A stretch of DNA of 63,729 bases, the filler included, from Octopus bimaculoides (taxonomy: Eukaryota): the NCBI RefSeq assembly GCF_001194135.2. It is 6 parts of 6 records of this genome, joined end to end, with 100 filler letters (N's around TTAATTAATTAA, not from the genome) between each part and the next. Parts side by side here need not be neighbours in the genome. Positions count along the whole stretch, not along the records: positions 1 to 23,336 come from NC_069005.1; 5 more parts are not named here. One strand, written 5' to 3'. Of the stretch, positions 1-13,399 are shown one piece after another (position 1 is the first letter of the stretch; each line of letters opens with the position of its first letter). The position numbers and the translations under genes were made by a program. The notes under the pieces are model-generated. The model saw nothing but the letters and a program-made list of their open reading frames with translations. It made no database searches and was not told the origin of the DNA.

Positions 1-200
1 GGGGGGGACAGATACAGATACAATGACCTACACACACACACACACAATGGGCTTCTTTCAATTTCCGTCTACCAAATGCATTCACAAGGCTTTGGTCTGC
101 CCAAGGCTACAGTGGAAGACACTTGTCCAAGGTGTCACACAGTGGAACTGAACCCAGAACCATACTGTTGGGAAGCAAACTTCTTACCACACAGCCACGC
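1..200 (-). mobile_element. tRNA-derived SINE family A, 5' part
   Basis: Reverse complement of head GCGTGGCTGTGTGGTAAG...GGTTCAGTTCCACTG, same body as the copies at 54428 and 58422. Confidence 0.85.
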
Positions 201-364
201 TGATATAGATAGAGATAAATGGTTTATCTTTTAGTTATTTCATTCATGAGACTGAAGCTATGGCCATGCTGGGGCACCAGATTCAAAAGTTTAGTCGAAC
301 AAATCGATCCTAGTTCTTATTTATAAGGGCCATCTTTCGTTTTCACCCAGACTTGTCATCATTG

Positions 365-963
365 GGATCTATTTCAAAACGGGGGCACCAGTTTTCATTT
401 ATGTTTTATGTAGTGTTTTTGGTACCGAAAGACTTTCAAACTTCGTATACTTATCTATTTTGTGTTATAGAACAGAAAAAAATTTTTGTATTCGAATTTA
501 TTTCATGTAAAAAATTGTCTTATTTCGATAATTTCTACTAATCACTGACGTCTATTCAGTTGAAAACAATTAGCGCTGTAACGGTGTATATCGTATTAAT
601 CCCCTAACCCTAACCCTAACTCTAAAATTGTTACACACATAGATACGCACAGCGTAATTTATTATATAAACAATATATGCGTATAAATTACGATTAAACC
701 GGATGAAAAATGTCACAGGGAATAACATTTTTATGACCGCCCAGCAGTAACTCTATTCAGCTGAATAGACGTCAGTGATTGGTTGAAATTACAGAAATAC
801 GACAACTTTAACATGGAATAACTTGCGATGTACGTTTTTTTGTTAAGAAGACTAAGAGTAAAAGATGTTTTATATGACACATTCTACCAGTGTCCCAAGT
901 TTCAAAGTGTTTCGTTAGTGTTTCGTTAAGAAAATACTGGTGCCCCCGTTTTCAAATAGATCC
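365..963. mobile_element. MITE with 28-bp TIRs and 8-bp TSD (Merlin-like)
   Basis: TIR GGATCTATTT(C/G)AAAACGGGGGCACCAGT at both ends (1 mismatch); TSD CATCATTG at 357-364 and 964-971; internal 25-bp IR at 540-564/756-780. Confidence 0.85.
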
Positions 964-1034
964 CATCATTGTTCCGAACAATCATATGGTCCCATATGAT
1001 AGAAGTTTGACAGTTCTGAGGGGTATACCGAAAG

Positions 1035-1200
1035 AACGCCTTTTTAAGTCTGGTACTTACATTCTCGGCTCTTTTTGCCGAACCGCTACAGGGATGTAAA
1101 CAAAACTACACTGGTTGTTGAGCACATGAGTGGGGGGGGGGGCAAACACGAAAACACACGGGACGGGCTTCTTTCAGTTTCTGTCTATCAAATACTTACG
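1035..1200 (-). mobile_element. SINE family A body fragment
   Basis: GCCGAACCGCTA...GGGCTTCTTTCAGTTTC motifs shared with the full copy at 58422-58826. Confidence 0.7.
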
Positions 1201-3006
1201 AGACTTTGTGTCGTCACCGGACACACAGACACACGTTTACTTTGGGTCCCTTCATATAACAAGTTTCTACATGTCTACTTTGTTTAGGCGTGTTTTCGCT
1301 GATAAATCTTCGATTATTTCTGAGATGAAATTCTATGGCGATCTTTGGGCTCGAATATGACACTTCCCCTTTCTTAACCCACTTTCTATGACAGTACAGA
1401 AGATTTTTTCCCCTTTTCCTTAAGCCTGCGGATGCGGCCACCTTCTTTTATAATAGGAGTTATTTCAAAGGTCTTGTTTAATTAAAATAAGATGGTTTGA
1501 TTGTTTTGAATTTTGTTGTTTAAAATCGGAAAAAAATATTAAGTGAATAAGTCTTCTTAATATTTTATACCTCACGATGGAGCCTGTATCTATACAGTCA
1601 CTCGACCTGCTAGAAATCGAAGCCAATGCTACCAATTTTAAATTTAATAACAAATAACAAAAAATAAACTGCAACAACAACCAAAGTAAAATTTTAAACA
1701 GAGACAAGCACAACCTCCCATCTTAAATAACAATACAAAACAAGAACAAAAAAAAACATTCTTAGAAATACATCAAAACACTTCCCCTGTGACAAGTTGG
1801 CAGCTTGTAACAGCAAAATAAAATTTATTCCATGGCCGCCAGATTTCAAGTAGTTTGAGAAAGTGAAAGTGGCACGCGATACTAAACTTAATGCCAAACA
1901 TGTTTGTATCAATCAATCAATCAATCAATGTATATGACATGTATGAATGTATGTGTGTGTATATAATATATGTATGAATGTGTGTGTGTATGTATGTATA
2001 AATGTATGAATGTGTGTGTATATATATATATATGCATATATGTATGTATGTATGTATGTATGTATATTCATGCATGTCCCACGGGTCGGCCTTCGACTTT
2101 TTCTGTCCAAAACGGTTTCCCAACCCATATTTTTTTACAAGTTATTATTTATACCCTTATGTACTTCGAGATCCACCGTTCCAAAAATAAAAAAAGAATA
2201 TATGTTGTGGTTAATTTTTGCTTGTGTTACTAAATTTGAGGTTATGCACACACACACACACACACACACGCCTTACAGGCAACTCGGAGAGTATAAGACT
2301 GTAGAGGCATCAACAAAATCCAGCACGAGGAACATTTAGCTGTTGTGTTCAGCAGACGAACTTTCTTCCCCTTTTTTTCTTCTCTCTAGATTTTGTGGTG
2401 TTTTATTTCAATATATTCTTTATATATATATATATATATATATTATCCGAAATGTATAGTATTAAATATCCATCACCACCGGTCTGTCTGTCTGTCTGTA
2501 TGTATGTATGTATGCATGCATATACATTTCTCACACTATCATGGCTTACCAGCTATTTTACAGCACGGTCGGTTTAAATTGATCAAATAGAAGAAAAATA
2601 ATGAAAACTAGTAAACAAGATAAATCCATGAAAATCAATGAATGCCTGCCCCCATTCCTCATAGCATGCCTTCATCAGTTTTTATAAAGATGCTACGAGA
2701 GAGAGAGCGAGAGAGAGAGAGAGAGAGGTTGGATGTTTAGATTTCTATGCCAGCAGCAGTCTATTAACAATCGATTTTACTTTGCCATCATTTATGCCCA
2801 ATAATGGAGGCGATTGTCGGTTCTAAGGTTGCTGTGTGTCAACAGCGAAATAACAACGACGCCACCACCACCATCACTCTATCACTATCAGGCAAAAAAT
2901 AATAATAATCTTCGATGTCGATTGTTAATTGATCAGTTTCGTAAGGATCCCAAACATAGATAACTAAGCAGCAGATATCTAGGTCATGTATGTGTATGTC
3001 TGTCAA

Positions 3007-3079
<73 letters not shown>

Positions 3080-3377
3080 ATGAATTTAAGTATCTAATTC
3101 AACTGAATCTTAATTATTTAACTCAGCTATATATATANNNNNNNNNNNNNNNNNNNNNNNNNNNNNNNNNNNNNNNNNNNNNNNNNNNNNNNNNNNNNNN
3201 NNNNNNNNNNNNNNNNNNNNNNNNNNNNNNNNNNNNNNNNNNNNNNNNNNNNNNNNNNNNNNNNNNNNNNNNNNNNNNNNNNNNNNNNNNNNNNNNNNNN
3301 NNNNNNNNNNNNNNNNNNNNNNNNNNNNNNNNNNNNNNNNNNNNNNNNNNNNNNNNNAACATATACATACATATATA

Positions 3378-3545
3378 CGACGGGCTTCTTTCAGTTTCCG
3401 TCTACCAAATCCACTCACAAGGCTTTGGTCGGCTCGAGGCTATAGTAGAAGACACTTGCCCAAGGTGCCACGCAGTGGGACTGAACCTGGAACCATGTGG
3501 TTGGTAAACAAGTTACTTACCATACAGCCCAGCCACTCCTGCGCC
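3378..3545 (-). mobile_element. SINE family A, 5' half
   Basis: Near-identical to the reverse complement of 54428-54590. Confidence 0.9.
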
Positions 3546-4533
3546 TATATATACATATATGAATATATACATACGTATATGTACATACATCTATACGCGT
3601 GTGTGTGTATATATATATATATATATATGCTTATGTGGGCACAGGACGTCATATATATATATATATATATATGTAAGAAGTTGAAGGGATGGGTAAAGTT
3701 CCGGACGTTCACCTCAACAGCACCTCATGGAGGAACTTGACAAGCAAAGTGTTCGAATTGCAGTGGTTTACACTGCAATTCGAACCCCTTTCACCTTTCG
3801 ATCTCTAAAGAACGATTAGTTACGCTTGGTTGAAAACTCGGTGCACCTATGAGTAACTCAGGTGAAACTCAGAGTGACTCGACCAAAAAAAAAAAAAAAA
3901 AATTATTAGTCTCGCGTATGGTATTGAGTACTTCTTCTGACAACCAATACTAGACGGATATATGAGTGTATACGTGTTTGTACACACGCATACATTATTA
4001 ACACTAATTTACTAGGTCAACTCATTAGTACCAACTGCCTTATTAGTGGACAATTAACCCCATATCCATGAATCACAATGACACGTATATACGCGCACAC
4101 ACACTAATTTATAATTAACTAATTACAACTTTCGAGAAATTACTACTAACTCGTTACAACCTGAATCAAGAACTACAGAAGCACCTATGTAAGCATATAA
4201 ATATATTGATTATGTGATTAAACGTTAATCATTAAAAAAAAAGAAATTCGACTTAAAAGCTTTTCCAATAATGCTGAGTTAAATTAAACAACAAATATTA
4301 ATTATACCAATTTCCCATTAACTTATAATGTTAGTAAATTATTAACACACACATTGATAACAATAATCGATCCTTTAAACCTTACTAGAGCGTGTGTATT
4401 TAACAGAAATATTGATTTATCTTCAAATTCAGTTTGATGAAAATCATTAGATGTAAACAAACATCCTTAAACGATACATAATAACACGGCGGACGTACAC
4501 CACCAGTTTTCGGCGTAACACCCTAACATACTA

Positions 4534-4573
<40 letters not shown>

Positions 4574-5751
4574 CAATGGGGTAAAAAATTGGATATTAAT
4601 TAATATCCATTTAATACCAGGTAACTAGCACATTAAAAGAATCAAGGAGATTCAGAAAAAATATCTGAGATCTCAAGGATTATTGTATATATATATATAA
4701 AAATATATACGAGTATAATATAAAGGAGGCCACTAGGTGGACTCCTAATGTGCTAGAAGAAGATCACATGTCATGTGTCTACTAAGACCGAATAATTCTC
4801 AAAGGGAATTTAGCGAAGCAACAAAAACGTAAAGCGGGCAAGACCAGTGAAAATTACACAAATATATATACACACACACACACATGTATATATACATACA
4901 CACATATACGTATACATATGTACAGGCATCATACACACACGTCATGGGTATTTCCATTAACCCGAAAGATTACTATTATTACTAATTTAGTATAACCCTA
5001 TGATGACGATAGTCGAAATATATCTAAACAAGTGCCTGATGCAACACTTTACTTACAAAGCAACCGAAACAGGAAGACAGGGAAGGAAAATAAATCGATT
5101 AAAAATAATAACAAAATGATGGAAGAACCAATAAAGAAATTATATTGAATTCTTAGAAATAATGTTCATGTGTGAGGTGATTAAACAACAGAAATGGTTA
5201 AAATCAATGGCTAGAATTAACATTAGAAATTGGCTAAAAGCTGATTTAGATAAAAAATATTTAATAATGATCAAGTGGAAAATAAATGTGTGAATTAGTT
5301 TTGGGTTTTTTTTGTTTATTTTGGTTGTTTAGATGGAAAAAAATGGAAGTGACGTTTATGCTGTGGTGTTTAGGATGGCGAAGAATGTGGTTGATAGTTA
5401 AAATAGCAGACTAAGAGAGAGAGAGAGAAAAAGAGGGAAGGTGAGAGAAGAGACAGGGAAAGGCTGTGTGTCTGGAAATGGCAGAGAAGAATAAAGAATA
5501 AAAAAGAACAAAGAAGGAGGCGGAGTAAGAGAAGAGAAGAAATGGGGGGAAAAAAAAAAATGGTAGATTCATAACAGAATGTCAAATCGACGAGAAAGGG
5601 TTTGTCATGGACATATGATGACAAAGAAGAGAAATTATGATTATATATATAAACAGTAAATGGAGCAGAATGACTGACAGATTGAGGCTAATGACTGAGC
5701 TGCGACTGATTTGCTTCAATAACAGCAGGAATAATGAAATAATGGAGACAC

Positions 5752-5788
<37 letters not shown>

Positions 5789-8700
5789 TATTATATATAT
5801 TATATATATATATATATATAACGAGAGAGGAAGGGGGGAGTGATATAATAAAAGTATTAATGACTCATATATTGGATATTCGCAGACAAACAGCTACCTT
5901 GCTAAGAAGCCAGCTACCATGAACTTTTCAATTAATTGAGAAATAAGAGGAAGATATTTAATGAACGTAATGTAAAAGGTTATTATCCTCGTTTTAAGAT
6001 TCAGGGGGAAAAAATGGCAGCGACGTCTCTTGTTAATCACGTTAATAACTATAACCAGCCACAACGAGAATACAGACGCACACGAACATGATGTTTCTAC
6101 ACTGTCCGCTTCAAGGAGCAGCAACTTCTTCGTCTCGTAGTCATCTACCAACAAAAGCGAACCGCCTCATTTATTTCATACACCGTTTTCTTTTATATAC
6201 ATATAGATGTGTATATATAAACGGAAGAGGGAGAAGAAAAAAAAAGCATATTAAACTGTGTAGTAATCTTTGATACATGCGCACACATGAAAAAAAAAAA
6301 TACGTGATGGTCATGTTTGGAACGCGTGATCATAAAGGCATTTCTGATTTGAGGTTAAACGAGCAGAAATAACAGTCGAAAATCGCTGAAACGATCATTT
6401 GACCTCATTTATACAACAAATTTGAGAACAATCTAGTCATAAATAAACCCCCTCCACCCTTACAATTGTGGTGATGGTCATGGTTGGGTTGCCTCTGATC
6501 ATCGTCGGGTCCGTCATCTGGAACCCGCATGACTGACTGATCCTTAAGTTAAACAACAACCCCCAACAATGGCGATGACAGTAGAGAAAAACACCACCAC
6601 GTCGGCAATTACGTCTTCTGCCTTCCCTCCCCACCGTCATCATCATCATCAATTAAGCTCGACCTGCCCAAAATAGCAACCAAATCTCCCTTAAATCACT
6701 CCACCACCTATCTATGACATTACATGTGTCTGTATGCGTGTAATGTGACTATAATACTATATAACGTAGTCGTATCATACACGATGTATATAAATAAGAC
6801 GGGATGGTCACGGACGGAATGTCGTTCATAATAATTTCTCTGACCAGAATGGCTCTAAAACAACCACCACAGTAATTAAAACTGGCCCAGACAAGAAAAT
6901 ATTTTACAAAGTGTTTCTCTTTCTCTTCCCTACCTTACATTTTATTTTTTTTTTAATCAATTAAACCCTGTTCGCCCTCTCACTTTATTGTCCCCTTTTT
7001 TTTTAAACCCGAACCCTACACTTTTTATAAAATTATTCCCTTTTCCTCTCCCCCGCCACGTCTTTGATATCAAGTAAACAAAAAAAAAAGATGTCGTTGT
7101 GTATAGTAAAAAAAAAAATTACGCAGTAAAACTACTGAGTTCGATAAAGAAAAAAATGGCCAGACATATTTTTGGTCGATGAGCATTTTTCCTCTTTTGA
7201 GTCAGGCATACAAAAAAGAGAAACGAGTACNNNNNNNNNNNNNNNNNNNNNNNNNNNNNNNNNNNNNNNNNNNNNNNNNNNNNNNNNNNNNNNNNNNNNN
7301 NNNNNNNNNNNNNNNNNNNNNNNNNNNNNNNNNNNNNNNNNNNNNNNNNNNNNNNNNNNNNNNNNNNNNNNNNNNNNNNNNNNNNNNNNNNNNNNNNNNN
7401 NNNNNNNNNNNNNNNNNNNNNNNNNNNNNNNNNNNNNNNNNNNNNNNNNNNNNNNNNNNNNNNNNNNNNNNNNNNNNNNNNNNNNNNNNNNNNNNNNNNN
7501 NNNNNNNNNNNNNNNNNNNNNNNNNNNNNNNNNNNNNNNNNNNNNNNNNNNNNNNNNNNNNNNNNNNNNNNNNNNNNNNNNNNNNNNNNNNNNNNNNNNN
7601 NNNNNNNNNNNNNNNNNNNNNNNNNNNNNNNNNNNNNNNNNNNNNNNNNNNNNNNNNNNNNNNNNNNNNNNNNNNNNNNNNNNNNNNNNNNNNNNNNNNN
7701 NNNNNNNNNNNNNNNNNNNNNNNNNNNNNNNNNNNNNNNNNNNNNNNNNNNNNNNNNNNNNNNNNNNNNNNNNNNNNNNNNNNNNNNNNNNNNNNNNNNN
7801 NNNNNNNNNNNNNNNNNNNNNNNNNNNNNNNNNNNNNNNNNNNNNNNNNNNNNNNNNNNNNNNNNNNNNNNNNNNNNNNNNNNNNNNNNNNNNNNNNNNN
7901 NNNNNNNNNNNNNNNNNNNNNNNNNNNNNNNNNNNNNNNNNNNNNNNNNNNNNNNNNNNNNNNNNNNNNNNNNNNNNNNNNNNNNNNNNNNNNNNNNNNN
8001 NNNNNNNNNNNNNNNNNNNNNNNNNNNNNNNNNNNNNNNNNNNNNNNNNNNNNNNNNNNNNNNNNNNNNNNNNNNNNNNNNNNNNNNNNNNNNNNNNNNN
8101 NNNNNNNNNNNNNNNNNNNNNNNNNNNNNNNNNNNNNNNNNNNNNNNNNNNNNNNNNNNNNNCCCCTTTTTTTTTTTTTTTTGTGTGAATGGTTCGATGA
8201 GGACGGCTTTACGTAGCCGAGTCGTCGATTCCGGGCTTCTGCAGTAGTTTTGCGAGGGAACATGATTCCTGGAATAATAAGAGAAACTAGGAGAATTGCA
8301 GCAGCAGTAGAGCAAGCAGCTGTAAATTGATGTAGGCAGGCAGGAAGCACTAACAGTCTTCTTGTTGCTTTACTTCGTACGAAGTCGACAGGCTTTGGCG
8401 CTGTCACAAGGGAGATAACTACTAGGTCAACACTAGACGTGGTTATCGACCTTGACACACGTTGAAGGTCTCTCTCTCTCTCTCACACTCACTATCTTGC
8501 CTTCTCTTTCTCGCGTTCTCTCTCCCCCTCCTTCTTTCACTTAGATATCTTGTTTCTCAACCTACAAGAGCAAAGCAAATGGAGTTGATTCTCACCAGCC
8601 AAGTAAAGATAGTACAAAATAATAATGATAATAATAATGAAGTACACTCGTTTGTAAATAGTCCCTGATATAATCTGAGAATAATACAATGTTATTTGCT

Positions 8701-9329
8701 GCTAAGATGAGAAGTATTTTTTATTTTATTTTATATCATGATAGTCCTAATATATCTTACTCTCTTGTCATGTGAGTTAGCAAATACCAAGACAGACCCA
8801 ATTAACTGCCACTTGGATGGAAACCAATAATTTTGTAGATATCTCAACTCAATATTTAATAAATCTAGGCTCCAATGATATTTTACACTGTGTTCAACTT
8901 AATTTATCCATAATAAAATTCAATACAAAATATAAGTTTTGAATTGAGATGAAAACATTTTCTATTCACAAAACATACCTTTGTAATTATAAATAGAATT
9001 TTTTCAAAAATATAATAATAAAAGTGATTTAATTTGTATATTTTCCCATTAGTTTCTAAATATACATTTATTGTTTTTTTATTACTAATCTTAGTATTAT
9101 TTGTTTTTTTGCAAGTAGTTTTAAAAGGTGATAACGTTTCCAAAATATGAAACGTTTCATTTAGTTATTTTTTATCATCAGTAAAAACATTTGTCAGAAT
9201 CTAGAATTAAATAATCACTGAAATGATTATATGTTGCACCTATAAACTAAATTATATTACCTACATGGTATATAACTAAGCATATTATTATTTTTTAAAA
9301 ATCAGGATCTCCAGACGATTACCATGTTC

Positions 9330-11120
9330 TGCAGTATGGATGCTTAGCTCCCTTGTCATCTCTAATCCAGCAATCCTTTATTCAAAGTTGATGTAGTGCA
9401 GACCACCAAGTCCTTTCTTCAAATAATATAACATAGCTGGGGGACTGCTCTGAACAAATCAGGACAATGTATAGTTATGAATGCTCATTAGTCTTGTTGG
9501 GAACAAGGCAAAGTCACTAATGCTGGTGCAACAGTAATAAGTAACCAGTACACTGCATAAAATGGTTGGTAACAGAAACAAAATCAGATCAAGAGAATTT
9601 CTAAGTTTTTCCCAAGGACGTGACAGTTTAAATAGTTCTGGGTTACTCTGTAAAGCGGTTGTTGTTTGAAAGAGCAACCAGTCATAGAAACCATGCTGAA
9701 ACTGGAACATAATAACAAGATATATTCTCTCACTTGCCTAGGATGGCAGCAGCTACAAATAACATCTGACTTGAATTGTAACAACTTATCCAACCCCTAC
9801 CAGCTTGGAAATCAGATGTAAAATGAGGATAATGATTATTGCAATATTAAATATGACCTTCCTTGGTGTGTTTAGAGTGCAGTTTAGTTTGGCTGCTATT
9901 TCTAGGACATGGATAGTCTGCAATATTGTCTTCAGTAGTACTATACAACGCACTGATAATAGTAATAATAATAATAATACTGGTTTCAAATTTTGGCACA
10001 AGGCCAGTAATATTGGGGAAGGAAATAAATTGATTAGATTGATCCCAAGTCCTAAGATAAAAAATTTGGCATCCATGTATCTGACCATGTTCAACAGCAG
10101 ACATCCTACACTATACCTATCCACTACCCTAACAAATATTCTATTTAGATACAATCTGGACAGCCTATTGTGGTTGCTTCATGTCTACTTTGGCATATCT
10201 GGGACATCCACTTAGCTACTGTCAAATAATTGGAAACTTCTGAACAGGTTTTCAAGACATCTGTGCCCAACTTCTCTTATGTGCTAGTTCCCTTGTGTAA
10301 CTAAAATACAGTTCCAATCTCCTAAAAGTAGTAGTAGTGATCAGGATGTCCCCAGGGAAGTTTCTCAACTTCTGGGGAAATCTAGCTATCCTGTTTCTGT
10401 AGGAGCATAGATGGTCACTTATTAAAGGCACAACTTCATTGCCACTCATGTCCAGGACCACCAACTTACTGACAAGGTCCAAATTGATTGCCCATACCTT
10501 CAGATCGAAGAATTTTCAACATAACACTGCTACTCAGCTGCCCTATCCAGACAAACCATAAAATGAAAATATTTCATGGTCATTGAAAATTGACAAGATT
10601 GTGTACACCACAGAGACCATGGTCCGGCTCATGGTTAATGTATTTATACCAAATGACCTGAGGTCACTGAGAAAGTGGCTATGCTTCCAAGCTGACTCCA
10701 GGCCATGCACATTTATATACCTCAGTTGTTTATAGCCATATTTGTTGCAAAAAGAAAAGAGTAGAAGTCACCCCAATCTTCAAGAAGGCCTGCTGATCTG
10801 GTCCCCTTGTCAACCAATCATTTCTTGAATGATTTCTTTGTGTTGCACATTGAAGAAATAGTGAAAGGCCATAATTGATGCTAACTCATTGGTTATGATA
10901 CTTTTACTAATCACTTCTTCTGGGTTGCTGATTAGCTTACCCCTCCAATCTATTTCTTTTTATCACTTGTTTTTCGCTAAAAGTTATTGATTCTGATCTA
11001 ATTGTCTTTCAAAATCCCTGCAATGGATGGGAATTTTTAAAGAAGAGTTCTGTCGACATTTGGCAGTATCTTCTTTAGCAATCTATCTTTGAGAATTTTG
11101 AGGAAGAATTCATTTATACT
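9330..11120 (-). pseudogene. Degraded L1/Tx1-clade LINE reverse transcriptase region
   Basis: Minus-strand decayed motifs in the correct order: FLSDLRSFG, G*GS (RQGCP-like), KLVVLDMSGNEVVPLISD (YADD-like), KLSRPWEK..LLPTIL, LYYLKKGLGGLHYINF (LPKxEGGLGL-like). Interrupted by a SINE tail at about 9955-10055. Confidence 0.6.
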
Positions 11121-12344
11121 GACAACAGTAAAAAGGGCAGTGAGCTGGCAGAATCATGCTGGATAACTGGTTTAATGGCATTTCACTCCCTTTTATGTTC
11201 TGGGTTCAAATTCCACTAAGGTTGACTGTCTTTTATCCTTCCAGGGTTAATAAAATAAATACAAGTTGAGCACTGGAATCACTTTAATCAACTAGTTCCC
11301 TTTAAGCAAATTTCACATGTTGTGCCTCTAGCAGGAAAAAAAAATAATAATAATACAACTGTGAATTTGATGGAGTTTGCTTTCTTGAGAGTTTGGCTGC
11401 TTATACTGTACCTCTTGATGTTTTAGCTGTGGTTGTTATGCTTGTGTGTTTTCCTATGAGGGTATAAATTCAGCAGCCATTATTGTTGGTGGTGTGGTTG
11501 AAATTTAGCGGCAGTTATTATCGATGTCATGAATTTGTCTGTTGTTGTTGCTAATGGTGTGGTTGGAATTTAGCGGCAGTTGTTGTAAATTTGTCTGTTG
11601 TTGGTGGTGGTGATGGTGTGGTTTTTGGTGGTGTGGCTATAAATTTAGTTGTAGTAGTTTGGAGTTTTGTTGTTTTAATGGCTATTTAAATATTGCTGAC
11701 TTGAGGGTTNNNNNNNNNNNNNNNNNNNNNNNNNNNNNNNNNNNNNNNNNNNNNNNNNNNNNNNNNNNNNNNNNNNNNNNNNNNNNNNNNNNNNNNNNNN
11801 NNNNNNNNNNNNNNNNNNNNNNNNNNNNNNNNNNNNNNNNNNNNNNNNNNNNNNNNNNNNNNNNNNNNNNNNNNNNNNNNNNNNNNNNNNNNNNNNNNNN
11901 NNNNNNNNNNNNNNNNNNNNNNNNNNNNNNNNNNNNNNNNNNNNNNNNNNNNNNNNNNNNNNNNNNNNNNNNNNNNNNNNNNNNNNNNNNNNNNNNNNNN
12001 NNNNNNNNNNNNNNNNNNNNNNNNNNNNNNNNNNNNNNNNNNNNNNNNNNNNNNNNNNNNNNNNNNNNNNNNNNNNNNNNNNNNNNNNNNNNNNNNNNNN
12101 NNNNNNNNNNNNNNNNNNNNNNNNNNNNNNNNNNNNNNNNNNNNNNNNNNNNNNNNNNNNNNNNNNNNNNNNNNNNNNNNNNNNNNNNNNNNNNNNNNNN
12201 NNNNNNNNNNNNNNNNNNNNNNNNNNNNNNNNNNNNNNNNNNNNNNNNNNNNNNNNNNNNNNNNNNNNNNNNNNNNNNNNNNNNGTACCAGTTGCAGACT
12301 GGGCCCCCTACTCAAAAATTTTGGGCCTTGTGCCTAGAGTAGAA

Positions 12345-12630
12345 AAGAATATTGATAGTGATGGTAGCTTTCAGAATCATTAGCATGCGGGACGAAATGC
12401 TAAGCAGTCTTTCATCTGTCTTCGTGTTCTGAGTTCAAATTACACCGAGGTCGACTTTGCCTTTCATCCTTTGGGTATAAGTACCAGTTGAGACTAGGAT
12501 TGATGTGTGTGTGCGTGGGGATGGGGGTGGTTATGAAAGGTTAAGTTGACATTCACAGAATTTGAACTCAGAATGTAAAGACAGATGAAATGCCTCAAAG
12601 CATCTTTGCCCAGCATGCTAACGACTCCAC
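12345..12630. mobile_element. Two SINE family B fragments in opposite orientation
   Basis: GTTCTGAGTTCAAAT...GTCGACTTTGCCTTTCATCC on plus, then ATTTGAACTCAGAATG on minus. Confidence 0.75.
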
Positions 12631-13399
12631 CACTTTGGCATCTTAAAGAGAAAAATACATAAAGAATAAAAACTAGAAAGTCCAATTAGTTTGTATAATT
12701 CTTCAGGAAGAAACTGTAATTCGAAACAGCAGCTAGACAAAGAGTATTTTAGTAGCTTGATAATGATAATAATCTTAATAATGATAATAATGATAATAAT
12801 AATAAGTCATGCATCATATTGTGGAAAAAAAGTGGGAGGGGGTTAACATGGAGGTATATTTTTTACTGGGATAAACAAAATATATAAGCGGAGACATGGA
12901 AAGAGAAAAAGTAAAAAGAACAACATTGTGCATTAGCCCTTTCTGTAGCATTTTACCTGAGACCACATCAGGTTCTTTGATACAAAACACTCCATCATTA
13001 TTTTAGATAAGGATCTTATGTAAACACATCAAACTATGTTTGAAACATTACATTAATAATGAAAAAAGTTTTTTTTATTATGTGTCTTTTCCCCCCCACT
13101 CACCTCTCCAAATTGTTGACTCTTTTCAAAATTAATTGAAACAAGTTTGATAGGCAGTGCATTTTCTTAGAAATATGGTCCACGAAAGGGTGAATTTACA
13201 ATTCTGGATTTATGATGAGAGGATTTAAAAGTTGCAGGATGACTGCACAATTTCTACAAGACAAACTAGAAATACACGATATATCTTAAAGAATAAAAGA
13301 AAAAAATATTTCTATTAATGTCCGGAAAATTCATTAGCATTATTTATAATATGTAAAACAAACACATTTAAGGAATAATGTTTGAATTAAGCAATATAT

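Noticed and set aside
602-625. Telomeric repeats
   Set aside because: Only 3-4 units inside a MITE; not a chromosome end.
2986-3507. Long ORFs spanning N-runs or (TA)/(TATG)/(CA) repeats (here and at 7119-8458, 28871-31634, 43630-46106, 57277-58122, 63119-63647)
   Set aside because: The length comes from X residues or dinucleotide repeats (YIYI, CVCV, MYVC); these are not coding.
9148-9185. Minus-strand CUGAUGA...GAAACGUU hammerhead-like motif
   Set aside because: Stem II and stem I cannot form; at best a dead relic.
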